Part shown: positions 26,201 through 51,310 of the stretch, piece by piece | Numbering within the stretch: the first letter of the stretch is position 1 | Layout: each line of letters starts with the position of its first letter | NCBI GenBank assembly: GCA_950097015.1 | Contig: CATNEN010000003.1 | Location: 6,200,001-6,264,000, forward strand | Reading direction: 5' to 3' | Length of the DNA: 64,000 nt | DNA from: Macrostomum hystrix | Taxonomy: Eukaryota > Animalia > Platyhelminthes | The notes under the pieces: model-generated | The model's database searches: none | The model's input: the letters and a program-made list of their open reading frames with translations, nothing else | Told to the model about the DNA's origin: nothing | Position numbers and translations under genes: made by a program

Positions 26201-29200
26201 GTTAGAGTGTCCACGTAAGGTTCCACGTTTGGTATCGTGACAGTGGTCTTTAGATGAGCAGTTGGGCACGATGTTACTGAAACAGAACAAGTTGAAAAAA
26301 TTTTCTCGTTGCAAAATGAAAAAGATAGACTCTGACTTTTTAACTTACTCTGACAGATTTCAATAGTTGCTGACTTCATCACCGGAGCAGAACTATTTTG
26401 CGCGCCTGGAAAGCACTCAACTTGATTCACAGCCAAGCCATCCAATGTCAATGGTGGAGTCGGTATGGATATGTAAGGCGAGTCTCTCTGTCTATAATAG
26501 CCCATTTTGCACTGAACGTCCAGTCGAATGCCAATGTGAAATAGGTTTGTCAAAGTGGTGCCATAGCCGATATTCACGGCTGTCATTTTCGACAGATCGA
26601 CTACAGAGGGCAGGTCAGTTGGCTGGCACTGAGTCACTGCAAGACGACGGTATCACAGAAGCGATTATAAAAACGGTTATAAGGGCAAATTGGTGATAAG
26701 GCAAGTCTCCAATATATCACAGAAACCACTTTAATACCATTCTTGTAGCAGACAGTTGCCTGAAGACTGCTGCAACTGACTGGCTTCAGGCCCATTGTGC
26801 GATACCAGGCACCGTCTCCACGCGGGGTCACCCAGGAAGTGTAGACAACACATGTGTGCGTAGTCAGGTCGCCAGTTGGAGTGCTTCCGTTCAGCCAGAG
26901 AGCCGGTGGTACCCGTATGCCGCTGTCCAAGTAGTAGAAGTCACTAACGTTGTTAACTGAAATCATACACATTCAAATCATATCTTTCTCCAAAACTTCG
27001 GCCTCCAAAAAGCTTAAACAAGCCCACAAATTCCAATAGTAACTATTTGAATCTATCACTACCGAAGACCACTAGGAGTAGAAGGGTGGAAACTACGTTT
27101 CCTAAATTTCAGAAGCCGAAAAATACATGACGCTATATGAGGAAATTTTCCATTTTCCTGCAGTAATTTAGTTAATTTCTTTGATTGAGGCGGGTGTGAG
27201 CGGTTAACGCGTTTGCCTCTCGCACCAAGGTCCCTGAGCTCGATTCCCCGGCGAGGCCACATTCATTTCTCAAAAAATATACTTTTCAGGAAATAAATCA
27301 GTAAAATTAATTTGAGCAACACGTCAGGTTAGTAAAGAGCTTAGGATCTGGTTTATTTTGACAATTTAAACGTGAAAAAAGAAAATTTCCTATCTCCGTA
27401 GTGTATTTTTCGCAGAAAAATGTATCCTAAACATTTTCTAAGAAACGTGTTTTTTTCGTTTTCTTGGAAACTTAGTGTTCCGTCCTTCCTCTTCAAGCGT
27501 GATCCCTGCTCAGTACAATAATAAATGAACTGAATGATATTTAGACACCTGAGAACTGCTGCTTACCAGTTGCTCTTTCAATAGCTGTCCACACATCGGC
27601 AGCTAAGCCATTAATTGTTAAAAATCTCTGCATCCCAAAAAGATCGTCCACTGTCATTGGAGATGGCAGATTAGACACTAGACGAGTGCATTTGCTCAGG
27701 CCGTCAGCATTTGTAATCAACTGGGTGGTGTTGGCGATTACATTCGAGGGTAGAGTCCAGCACTTGCCGGACACTGGCTCGTAAGTCCACGGCAGGTCTG
27801 CGCCACACAGCTCGGCGTTGGACCAAGCGCTGACTGGCGAGAGTGGGGGAGACGATGATCATTGGAGGTGGATTTTTAGTAATTAAAAAATAGAAAAATT
27901 AAATTTAAGTAATTAAAAAATCTGATTGCGAGATCGAGATCAGTAGAGGGTAGAGGTGTTCGGGGTTCGGGGACGGGTCGGGTTTCGGGTCGGGTTTTGG
28001 TACCGGGTTCGGGGTTCGGGGGTAGGTATCCGGGTCGGGTTCGAGGTTCGGGGTAGGGTGTTCGGGTTCGGGTTTCCGGGTCGGGTTTTGGCACCGGGTT
28101 CGGGGTTTCCGGATTTTTTAATTTTATTTCAGTTTTACTTAATTAGTATTGCCTTATAAATAAAGCGTCGTTCAGAATCGCGCCAATTCAAAAAAATTAC
28201 CTCGTGAACTAAACTGGCGTACGCATAATGCACTGCACTAAGGAAGGACTTAATAATCGTGATTCAGTAATCATTCTAATGTAAATATATATCATTCTAC
28301 GGATTTTCGGCCCTGCATTATAATATTCCATAGTGAAAGGAATATGATCTATATATCTAAAGTCTAAACTGCATTATGTCTTATGTCTTTAATTATGTTT
28401 TATTTTTACCTAGCCAGCTAGTTAAGTTGGTAATCCCACATCCAGGCTAACAGAGAACTTGTAGACCTTTACTAAACAGAGCAAATCATATTAATGATGA
28501 TCTATTCTCTATATAGCAGGTTCGTTTACTGTCATACATTCATTAAAGCTTTTTAGCGGTTTATTTTTCTAGCATATTAGCTCTAGCCTTAGCCCTGCTT
28601 TTAGCCTTAGCTTATAATTTATGTATTAGGGGCTAGGGCTACACTGTTGCTGACTACTGACTAGCAGCATGTCTGAGACTATAAGAGCAGATAAATATGA
28701 ACACAGTCAGGTAGGTCAGAGTCTACCTGGCCTACTTGACCTACATAAAAACCTGCCTGAGGCCTTGAGGAGCTGAGGGTGAAGTGAAGAGTACGACTGA
28801 GGAGTTGTAAAGTGTAGTCATAGTGGGGAGAAGAGTTAACAATTGAAAAGTAGAAAGAGGAAAAGGCGGAATACTGGTATTTTAAGACAAGCATACTGTC
28901 CTCAACCATGACTCCAAGTCCAGGAGATAGTCGGGTAAAGTTCGGGGTCAGGTCGGGTTTGAAGTCCGGGTCGGGTTCCGGGTTCGGGGTTAAGGAATCG
29001 GGTCGGGTTCCGGGTTCCGCGTCAGTGTACCGGGTTCGGGGTATACCCTGAACCCCGGAAAAATGGAAACCCGAACACCCCTAGTAGAGGGAAATTAGGA
29101 GGTTATAAGTTAAAGTAGAACATTTGTCATATTTGTCATTTGTAGTATTCGCTCACCTGTACAGGTAGGTGCTGCAATAATAAAACATAATAAATAAAAT

Positions 29201-29214
29201 TGAAGCTGTTCCAT
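23216..29214 (-). CDS. Type I membrane protein: signal peptide, C-type lectin-like domain, ~4 CCP/sushi-like modules, TM, basic tail
   Basis: Phase-1 exon chain 29214-29157 (MEQLQFYLLCFIIAAPTCT), 27833-27567, 26956-26738, 26636-26349, 26276-26037, 25097-24813, 24134-23860, small uncertain exon(s), last exon ~23590-23216. CTL start CGADLPWTYEPVSGKCW; sushi YGTVMRFSCQAG...CTDTGFWNLSRLPTC; TM IGAIAIIVCVIFGVFIVIL. Confidence 0.75.
27190..27268 (+). mobile_element. SINE family B head fragment
   Basis: GAGCGGTTAACGCG...GAGCTCGATTCCCCGGCGAGGCCACATTCATTT matches the tRNA-like head of family B. Confidence 0.65.
27951..29083. mobile_element. Non-autonomous hAT-type DNA transposon (1133 bp)
   Basis: 8-bp TSD GTAGAGGG (27943-27950 / 29084-29091); TIR TAGAGGTGTTCGGG vs TAGGGGTGTTCGGG; subterminal GGGTTC/GGGTCG repeats at both ends; no transposase ORF. 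Confidence 0.85.
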
Positions 29215-30750
29215 GATCAAGCAGCTCTATGTTTTCTCTCTCTTCCTGCCAGAACAGAATTTTCTCTCGAGTATTACCTGACATTGGCGGGTGTCGATTG
29301 TTTTATACTAGTTTTAGTTACTATGGCAACCCCTAAATCCCTAAAAAATCCACCGGCGTAGCTTCTATACTCGATTAATAAAGTGAGATCGGCGCTGCCC
29401 GTCAGTTTCAGGGGCAATTGTTTTAAAATCTCGTTTCTGCAGCATTTTTTCATTTCCTTTTTTTGTTTTCCAGCTCCATTGTGTGGCATCACGAGTTCCG
29501 TTTGTGATGCTTTTTGTGCAGATGAGAATCAATAGATTGAAACTTGACTACTTTTAGAAAAATCTCAGTGCTTTTTTGCATTTCCGATTTCCCCCAACAA
29601 GCCATGCGAGCTCTTTGTGTTTTAACTTTCTCTTCATTTGTCTCGACGTTTTATTATTTGATTAGCTTTTTAAGTTTAAAAACGATCGTAAGTACGAAAG
29701 AAATCTGAAAATGAATCCTATAATACAGTAGCACAAACGGACAGCAAACCAGTCTTTGTTCTCCCGGATGTGCATTCAAGGCAAAGAATCAAGACCCAGC
29801 TCAACTTAGTAATGACTAATCAATTTGAAGCACCCGGTTTCTGAAATTTAGATTTTACGACCATATTGTTAGTTGAAGGCTGCACATTCGTATGCATTTT
29901 TAGTGGTACAGTGTACATACAGAATTGGCAGAACCACCGCTTAGTACCTTTACTAATTTAACAACTATTCTCATTCAGATTTGCTCTAGGTCCATCTTTA
30001 TATAGTCAAGCGTAGATTAATGGGTGTCTGAATGGCTGCATTACACCACGCTTTCTTACCCTAGACATTTGAATAAATGCAGTGTTAACTGTGTATTTAT
30101 AAGTTTTAACTGGGATCGTTGTCCCGCGACTGCCATGATATCGACGAGCTGGTATATTAAGCCTTTTGTAGACTCTGAGCTAGTTCTGTTTTCTCTTCTC
30201 TCTCCACCCTTACTCACCCTTCCATCAACATGAACGTTTCGTCTATGTCCAAACCTTCCATCAAAGCCATTCCTTCTCGTCCCTTCCACAAATCCTACAC
30301 CGAATCCAGTCTGATTCTGTTCCAGCGATCGTAGTCTATGGCCTTATCGTTCAGCAGCGTCACTTAATGGCGTTGCTAAATGCCGTGGCTTAATGATCGC
30401 TCGCCATGTTTTGACTAAAAGACAATGCAATCATATATACGATATGTAATAGGCATAATGATCGCAACCACGAGTGGCGAAGCCACAGTGTGCTTGGGTG
30501 TCTATAACAAACAAAACTGAACTGAAGCTTTGCGAATATTTATTTGTTTAAAAAATAATTTAGGCTAGATTGAAAGTCGCAATCAATTTTTAGCTTGCTA
30601 GTTTTAGTTATTAAACAATTCCTAACTAACAAATAGGTAATTTCCACCTCTCTCGTTCTCTCATTGGCTGTAGCGATACAGCCTAACAATTTATAAAAAC
30701 TATTCAAGTGGAGCTCTAGAGGACACAACCGAGTCCATCGCACAACAGAC

Positions 30751-31835
30751 ATGCTGACAAATATCGCAGCTAAACTTTTAGTTCTCTTCGGAGTCGGTCT
30801 GCAGCTGGTCGATTGTGTCGGTGAGAATTTTTACCTCGAAAAAGTTGATATTCACCTCAGAAGCGCCGGTAACAAACGCACATTTTCCAACTTGCCTCAG
30901 GCATACGAAACATTCAAGTACCAAAGAACAATCCCGCAAAGATGTCGACACTGTACACGTGGAATGAAAACGCCACGCTGGGAAATGACGGAAACACGAA
31001 TGGAACCCAAGTGGCTGGCAGGCAGTGCTTTCATACACACCCAGATAACAATATGGCGTGGTGGATGGTCGACATGAAACAAGAGTACATTGTCACTGAT
31101 GCCCGGTTGTGGAACAGAGCTGGTGCCACTGCGTTTCAAGCGACCAGGCTTACTATTTGTGAGTGTCATGTTCTATGGTATTTCAGATTTCCCCCTTTGC
31201 ACTCACCTGTGTGCCGCATGATGGCCTCATATTCACTGAAATGGAAAACCCGAATTGCAGTGCTATCGGTAAATTCCTCCGTGTGGACGAACTTCAGCCT
31301 CAGTCTGTTCAATTTCTGTGCCTACTACGGCAACGTTCCCACCGATGCAGACAACCCAATAAATATTACCTGTGTGGAGCCGATTGAGGCCAGGTACTTT
31401 GCCATCTACAAAACCAGCAGTTCCGAAAATGTACTGTACACTTTTATCCACCTGTGCGAGATCGACATCTTTGCTAGTGAGTTGAATTTCACGTGCTTTA
31501 TGTGTTTTTCGTTTCATCGGTGAGCTAGCTATTGCGTCATATATAGAATGTGCGACCAACTTGCAGTTCAGTACGATGAAGTTTAGAAGCCATTCACTTC
31601 CATTGCGGCACAGCCCCCCATCAGTTCTGCTGCAATCAGTCGAGTCCAGTTGAGCTCAGCCAAGACCGCCAGATCCCTGATCGAGTGCGCTGCACTCTGC
31701 CAGGAGAGCATCAACTGCCACTACTATTTGTTTGCTCGAGTGAGCGGCTGCTGGCTGTTTGTGCTGCCCTACATTCCAGCCAGTTTTGTGGACATTCTCA
31801 ACGGTGGAGACGCTGTGTTTCACAGGATTTACTGA
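30751..31835 (+). CDS. Secreted F-type lectin (fucolectin/FTP) domain protein with a downstream PAN/apple-like segment behind an in-frame stop
   Basis: Exons 30751-30820 (signal peptide), 30901-31158, 31261-31476 and 31567-. FTL motifs CFHT...AWWMVDM, LWNR, ITCVEPIEARY, IHLCEIDIF; PAN-like SLIECAALCQESINC...C; TAG at 31584-31586. Confidence 0.75.
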
Positions 31836-32749
31836 GTATAGTGAGACTAGCAACTTGAAGTGATTCAATGGAAAAAATGATAACTGATCGACCAGCTTGG
31901 GGTTTTAACTTATTTCGATGCACTTTTGCGTGTATTTTCTTTTCGTGTTTTCCTGTTCACGAAGGGGGCGAAAATTGCTAGTCTATATACTAAACTAGCT
32001 GAGAAAGAATTGTTAGATGTGATGTCCCCTATTAACTATTCCCATGTCAAAAACACATTTTTTTGCACATTTTAATTGTCCTTTTCTAATCAAAATCGTG
32101 ATTTAAAGTGCCTGTCTTGAACTTTTATTTCGTGAAATTTTATGATTTCCTGGTTCTTCGTGGTTTGTTTACGAAGAATGATATATTACTAATGGTACGC
32201 TGTATTTCGCACAATTTGGTCCGTTTTGTAAACAACAACTGAGAACGCTTTCTTCGGAATATTTAAAGAATGATATCTACTATATATATATACAAAGTAC
32301 GCATCGTTTTTTAATATCCTTTACAAGTAGTAACTCTTTTTATGTACTTACACAATGTACTTTTTGCTAAGGTTCATTACTGGTGTTTTCGTTTTAAAAC
32401 TTAGTCAATGTCTTTGACTATATAGTGCAGGTATCTACTATGAATCAAGCACTTTTTTATGCGACATTAAAATCATTTTAGTTGAATATGAGATGATATG
32501 AGACAATAATTCACATTCTTTTGTTAATTTTATTGAGACGCCTTAAAAATATTCTAAAATTGGTGCTAATTTGTGTTCTCTAAACGAAAGAGGCTCGTTG
32601 ATCATCACAATCTCAAACCCCGTGTTGCACAAGATTAAATTATTCTACAATTGTTAGTTCAATGTGTAGTCATTAATTTTGATCACTGATAATTTATTCA
32701 GGAAATTCTAATTTGAATAAGTAGTACCTACGACGACTCAAGGAAATCC

Positions 32750-35700
32750 TCATCCCTTACACCGATGCTCCATCCTTACACAAATAACCACCCTTACACT
32801 AATCCTTACCCCTTACACTTATCCTCACCCTTTACACCAATACTCAACCATCAGACTAATCCTCACCCTTACACTAATCCTCACCCATCAGATTAATCCT
32901 CACCCATCAAACTAATCCTCACCCATCAGACTAATCCTCACCCATCAGACTAATCCTCACCCATCAGACTAATCCTCACCCATCTGTCTAATCCTCACCC
33001 ATCAGACTAATCCTCACCCATCAGACTAGTCCTCAACCATCTGATTAATCCTCACCCATCAGACTAATCCTCACCCATCAGACTAGTCCTCAACCATCTG
33101 ATTAATCCTCACCCATCAGACTAATCCTCGCCCATCAGATTAATCCTCACCCATCAAACTAATCCTCACCCATCAGACTAATCCTCACCCATCAGACTAA
33201 TCCTCACCCATCAGATTAATCCTCACCCATCAAACTAATCCTCACCCATCAGACTAATCCTCACCCATCAGATTAATCCTCACCCATCTGTCTAATCCTC
33301 ACCCATCAGATTAATCGTCACCCACCAGACTAATCCTCACCCATCAGATTAATCCTCACCCATCAGACTAATCCTCACCCACCAGACTAATCCTCACCCA
33401 TCAAACTAATCCTCACCCATCAGATTAATCCTCACCCATCAGACTAATCCTCACCCATCAGACTAATCCCCACCCATCAGATTAATCCTCACCCATCAGA
33501 CTAATCCTCACCCATCAGATTAATCCTCACCCATCAAACTAATCCTCACTCATCAGATTAATCCTCACCCATCAGACTAATCCTCACCCATCAGACTAAT
33601 CCTCACCCACCAGACTAATCCTCACCCATCAAACTAATCCTCACCCATCAGATTAATCCTCACCCATCAGACTAATCCTCACCCATCAGACTAATCCTCA
33701 CCCATCAGAGTAATCCTCACCCATCAGACTAATCCTCATCCATCAGACTAATCCTCACCCATCAGATTAATCTTCACCCCTCACACTAATCCTCACCCAT
33801 CAAACTAATCCTCAACCATCTGATTAATCCTCACCCATCAGACTAATCCTCACCCATCAGATTAATCCTCACCCATCAAACTAATCCTCACCCATCAGAT
33901 TAATCCTCACCCATCAGACTAATCCTCACCCATCAGACTAATCCTCACCCATCAGACCAATCCCCACCCATCAGATTAATCCTCACCCATCAGACTAATC
34001 CTCACCCATCAGACTAATCCTCACCCATCAGACTAATCCTCACCCATCAGACTAATCCTCACCCATCAGATTAATCCTCACCCATCAAACTAATCCTCAC
34101 TCATCAGATTAATCCTCACCCATCAGACTAATCCTCACCCATCAGACTAATCCTCACCCACCAGACTAATCCTCACCCACCAGACTAATCCTCACCCATC
34201 AGACTAATCCTCACCCATCAAACTAATCCTCACCCATCAGACTAATCCTCACCCATCAGACTAATCCTCACCCATCAGACTAATCCTCATCCATCAGACT
34301 AATCCTCACCCATCAGACTAATCGTCACCCCTCACACTAATCCTCACCCATCAAACTAATCCTCAACCATCTGATTAATCCTCACCCATCAGACTAATCC
34401 TCACCCATCAGATTAATCCTCACCCATCAAACTAATCCTCACCCATCAGATTAATCCTCACCCATCAGACTAATCCTCACCCACCAGACTAATCCTCACC
34501 CATCAGACTAATCCTCACCCATCAGACTAATCCTCACCCATCAGACTAATCCTGACCCATCAGACTAATCCTCACCCATCAGACTAATCCTCACCCATCA
34601 GACTAATCCTCACCCATCAGACTAATCCTCACCCATCAGACTAATCCTCACCCATCAGACTAATCCTCACCCATCAGACTAATCCTCACCCATCAGACTA
34701 ATCCTCACCCATCAGATAAATCCTCACCCATCAGATAAATCCTCACCCATCAGATTAATCCTCACCCATCAGACTAATCCTCACCCATCAGACTAATCCC
34801 CACCCATCAGAGTAATCCTCACCCATCAGACTAATCCTCACCCATCAGACTAATCCTCACCCATCAGATAAATCCTCACCCACCAGACTAATCCTCACCC
34901 ATCAGACTAATCCTCACCCATCAGACTAATCCTCACCCATCAGATAAATCCTCACCCATCAGATTAATCCTCACCCATCAGACTAATCCTCACCCATCAG
35001 ACTAATCCCCACCCATCAGACTAATCCTCACCCATCAGACTAATCCTCACCCATCAGACTAATCCTCACCCATCAAACTAATCCTCACCCATCAGATTAA
35101 TCCTCACCCATCAGACTAATCCCCACCCATCAGAGTAATCCTCACCCATCAGACTAATCCTCACCCATCAGACTAATCCTCACCCATCAAACTAATCCTC
35201 ACCCATCAGATTAATCCTCACCCATCAGACTAATCCTCACTCATCAGACTAATCCTCACCCATCAGACTAATCCTCACCCATCAGACTAATCCTCACCCA
35301 TCAGACTAATCCTCACCCATCAGATAAATCCTCACCCATCAGATAAATCCTCACCCATCAGATTAATCCTCACCCATCAGATTAATCCTCATCCATCAGA
35401 CTAATCCTCACCCATCAGACTAATCCTCACCCATCAGACTAATCCCCACCCATCAGATTAATCCTCACCCATCAGACTAATCCTCACCCATCAGATTAAT
35501 CCTCACCCATCAAACTAATCCTCACTCATCAGATTAATCCTCACCCATCAGACTAATCCTCACCCACCAGACTAATCCTCACCCACCAGACTAATCCTCA
35601 CCCATCAGACTAATCCTCACCCATCAAACTAATCCTCACCCATCAAACTAATCCTCACCCATCAGACTAATCCTCACCCATCAGACTAATCCTCACCCAT

Positions 35701-38700
35701 CAGACTAATCCTCATCCATCAGACTAATCCTCACCCATCAGACTAATCGTCACCCCTCACACTAATCCTCACCCATCAAACTAATCCTCAACCATCTGAT
35801 TAATCCTCACCCATCAGACTAATCCTCACCCATCAGATTAATCCTCACCCATCAAACTAATCCTCACCCATCAGATTAATCCTCACCCATCAGACTAATC
35901 CTCACCCACCAGACTAATCCTCACCCATCAGACTAATCCTCACCCATCAGACTAATCCTCACCCATCAGACTAATCCTCACCCATCAAACTAATCCTCAC
36001 CCATCAGATTAATCCTCACCCATCAGACTAATCCTCACTCATCAGACTAATCCTCACCCATCAGACTAATCCTCACCCATCAGACTAATCCTCACCCATC
36101 AGATAAATCCTCACCCATCAGATAAATCCTCACCCATCAGATTAATCCTCACCCATCAGATTAATCCTCATCCATCAGACTAATCCTCACCCATCAGACT
36201 AATCCTCAACCATCAGACTAATCCCCACCCATCAGATTAATCCTCACCCATCAGACTAATCCTCACCCATCAGATTAATCCTCACCCATCAAACTAATCC
36301 TCACCCATCAGACTAATCCTCACCCATCAGACTAATCCTCACCCATCAGATAAATCCTCACCCATCAGATAAATCCTCACCCATCAGATTAATCCTCACC
36401 CATCAGACTAATCCTCACCCATCAGACTAATCCCCACCCATCAGACTAATCCTCACCCATCAGACTAATCCTCACCCATCAGACTAATCCTCACCCATCA
36501 GACTAATCCTCACCCATCAGACTAATCCTCACCCATCAGACTAATCCTCACCCATCAGACTAATCCTCACCCATCAGACTAATCCTCACCCATCAGATAA
36601 ATCCTCACCCATCAGATAAATCCTCACCCATCAGATTAATCCTCACCCATCTGATTAATCCTCACCCATCAGACTAATCCCCACCCATCAGAGTAATCCT
36701 CACCCATCAGACTAATCCTCACCCATCAGACTAATCCTCACCCATCAAACTAATCCTCACCCATCAGATTAATCCTCACCCATCAGACTAATCCTCACTC
36801 ATCAGACTAATCCTCACCCATCAGACTAATCCTCACCCATCAGACTAATCCTCACCCATCAGACTAATCCTCACCCATCAGATAAATCCTCACCCATCAG
36901 ATAAATCCTCACCCATCAGATTAATCCTCACCCATCAGATTAATCCTCATCCATCAGACTAATCCTCACCCATCAGACTAATCCTCACCCATCAGACTAA
37001 TCCCCACCCATCAGATTAATCCTCACCCATCAGACTAATCCTCACCCATCAGATTAATCCTCACCCATCAAACTAATCCTCACTCATCAGATTAATCCTC
37101 ACCCATCAGACTAATCCTCACCCATCAGACTAATCCTCACCCACCAGACTAATCCTCACCCACCAGACTAATCCTCACCCATCAGACTAATCCTCACCCA
37201 TCAAACTAATCCTCACCCATCAGACTAATCCTCACCCATCAGACTAATCCTCACCCATCAGACTAATCCTCATCCATCAGACTAATCCTCACCCATCAGA
37301 CTAATCGTCACCCCTCACACTAATCCTCACCCATCAAACTAATCCTCAACCATCTGATTAATCCTCACCCATCAGACTAATCCTCACCCATCAGATTAAT
37401 CCTCACCCATCAAACTAATCCTCACCCATCAGATTAATCCTCACCCATCAGACTAATCCTCACCCACCAGACTAATCCTCACCCATCAGACTAATCCTCA
37501 CCCATCAAACTAATCCTCACCCATCAGACTAATCCTGACCCATCAGACTAATCCTCACCCATCAGACTAATCCTCACCCATCAGACTAATCCTCACCCAT
37601 CAGACTAATCCTCACCCATCAGACTAATCCTCACCCATCAGACTAATCCTCACCCATCAGACTAATCCTCACCCATCAGACTAATCCTCACCCATCAGAT
37701 AAATCCTCACCCATCAGATAAATCCTCACCCATCAGATTAATCCTCACCCATCAGACTAATCCTCACCCATCAGACTAATCCCCACCCATCAGACTAATC
37801 CTCACCCATCAGACTAATCCTCACCCATCAGACTAATCCTCACCCATCAAACTAATCCTCACCCATCAGATTAATCCTCACCCATCAGACTAATCCCCAC
37901 CCATCAGAGTAATCCTCACCCATCAGACTAATCCTCACCCATCAGACTAATCCTCACCCATCAAACTAATCCTCACCCATCAGATTAATCCTCACCCATC
38001 AGACTAATCCTCACTCATCAGACTAATCCTCACCCATCAGACTAATCCTCACCCATCAGACTAATCCTCACCCATCAGACTAATCCTCACCCATCAGATA
38101 AATCCTCACCCATCAGATAAATCCTCACCCATCAGATTAATCCTCACCCATCAGATTAATCCTCATCCATCAGACTAATCCTCACCCATCAGACTAATCC
38201 TCACCCATCAGACTAATCCCCACCCATCAGATTAATCCTCACCCATCAGACTAATCCTCACCCATCAGATTAATCCTCACCCATCAAACTAATCCTCACT
38301 CATCAGATTAATCCTCACCCATCAGACTAATCCTCACCCATCAGACTAATCCTCACCCACCAGACTAATCCTCACCCACCAGACTAATCCTCACCCATCA
38401 GACTAATCCTCACCCATCAAACTAATCCTCACCCATCAGACTAATCCTCACCCATCAGACTAATCCTCACCCATCAGACTAATCCTCATCCATCAGACTA
38501 ATCCTCACCCATCAGACTAATCGTCACCCCTCACACTAATCCTCACCCATCAAACTAATCCTCAACCATCTGATTAATCCTCACCCATCAGACTAATCCT
38601 CACCCATCAGATTAATCCTCACCCATCAAACTAATCCTCACCCATCAGATTAATCCTCACCCATCAGACTAATCCTCACCCACCAGACTAATCCTCACCC

Positions 38701-39735
38701 ATCAGACTAATCCTCACCCATCAAACTAATCCTCACCCATCAGACTAATCCTGACCCATCAGACTAATCCTCACCCATCAGACTAATCCTCACCCATCAG
38801 ACTAATCCTCACCCATCAGACTAATCCTCACCCATCAGACTAATCCTCACCCATCAGACTAATCCTCACCCATCAGACTAATCCTCACCCATCAGACTAA
38901 TCCTCACCCATCAGATAAATCCTCACCCATCAGATAAATCCTCACCCATCAGATTAATCCTCACCCATCAGACTAATCCTCACCCATCAGACTAATCCCC
39001 ACCCATCAGACTAATCCTCACCCATCAGACTAATCCTCACCCATCAGACTAATCCTCACCCATCAAACTAATCCTCACCCATCAGATTAATCCTCACCCA
39101 TCAGACTAATCCTCACCCATCAGACTAATCCTCACCCATCAGACTAATCCTCACCCATCAGACTAATCCTCACCCATCAGACTAATCCTCACCCATCAGA
39201 TAAATCCTCACCCATTAGATAAATCCTCACCCATCAGATTAATCCTCACCCATCAGACTAATCCTCACCCATCAGACTAATCCCCACCCATCAGACTAAT
39301 CCTCACCCATCAAACTAATCCTCACCCATCAGACTAATCCTCACCCATCAGACTAATCCTCACCCATCAGACTAATCCTCACCCATCAGACTAATCCTCA
39401 CCCATCAAACTAATCCTCACCCATCAGACTAATCCTCACCCATCAGACTAATCCTCACCCATCAGACTAATCCTCACCCATCAAACTAATCCTCACCCAT
39501 CAGATTAATCCTCACCCATCAGACTAATCCTCACCCATCAGACTAATCCTCACCCATCAGACTAATCCTCACCCATCAAACTAATCCTCACCCATCAGAT
39601 TAATCCTCACCCATCAGACTAATCCTCACCCATCAGACTAATCCTCACCCCTCACACTAATCCTCACCCATCAGACTCATCCTCACCCATCTAATGGTGA
39701 GGATCACCCAGACTAATGCTCACCCCTTAGACTAA
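32750..39735. repeat. ~7-kb 19-bp satellite (CTAATCCTCACCCATCAGA)n with higher-order structure
   Basis: Direct reading; diagnostic variants recur at multiples of 19 bp. Confidence 0.97.
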
Positions 39736-40006
39736 TCTACATTTAGTTACAAATGCAAATGCAAAGTCTCGTTATCACCACGGGGCTTAAAATAATCCTT
39801 AGATTTTTTAGAAAGGCTACGGTACAAAAGCGCATTTTTCAGGAAAAAATTTTATAATCAAAACAGAAAACATTAAATTCTGAACTCATCTCACGCCAAA
39901 AATGTTTTAATGCAAGCTGAAGTTGACCTGACGACCGTAGCTATATATGAACAGGCTTTTTTATAAATTTGAGTTCAACAAACGCTTGTGCAATTAAATA
40001 TTTATT

Positions 40007-40415
40007 CACAGAATTAACAGAATCCCGATTCACAGAATCCCGATTCACAGAATCCCGATTCACAGAATCCCGATTCACAGAATCCCGATTCACAGAATCC
40101 CGATTCACAGAATCCCGATTCACAGAATCCAGATTCACAGAATCCCGATTCACAGAATCCCGATTCACAGAATCCCGATTCACAGAATCCCGATTCACAG
40201 AATCCCGATTCACAGAATCCCGATTCACAGAATCCCGACTCACAGAATCCCGATTCACAGAATCCCAATTCACAGAATCCCGATTCACAGAATCCCGATT
40301 CACAGAATCCCGATTCACAGAATCCCGATTCACAGAATCCCGATTCACAGAATCCCGATTCACAGAATCCCGATTCACAGAATCCCGATTCACAGAATCC
40401 CGACTCACAGAATCA
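40007..40415. repeat. 15-bp minisatellite (CACAGAATCCCGATT)n
   Basis: About 27 copies. Confidence 0.95.
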
Positions 40416-40900
40416 CGAGTCAGATATTGCTTTCATTCAATTTGAAGGAGTACAGGCTGTCAAAACACAGCAGCCATCGGCCTAACGGCCTAAAACACAA
40501 CGGCCTAACGGTCAACGGACGGTCACTAAGGTGATCAGGTCATCAGTAGATTATCTGATAATGGGAAGCAGAAACTAACGCAGCATTGTTTGCAACGGGT
40601 CATGAAATTTTTCTTCTCAATACCCACCAGAATAATGTCCTTTTGGCTTTTAACAAAACTGTTGGCGCTTTTTCATCACAATTTCTACTGTAAGTAGTTT
40701 AGTGTAGAAGCAAGAAAATTTTTTTATTGGATGTCATTTTGTTGGCCAATAAAAGCATGGTAAGCAGTCACTGCGACAGATCATTGTGCGTTGCCATCAC
40801 ATGTTATTTTGGCACTCTTGAGAAAGTCTCAAAACGTTACTTTGAGAGTTCTCCAGTATAAAGAGACTATTTCAAAGCAACACGCAAAAGCAACTGGAGC

Positions 40901-51310
<10,410 letters not shown>

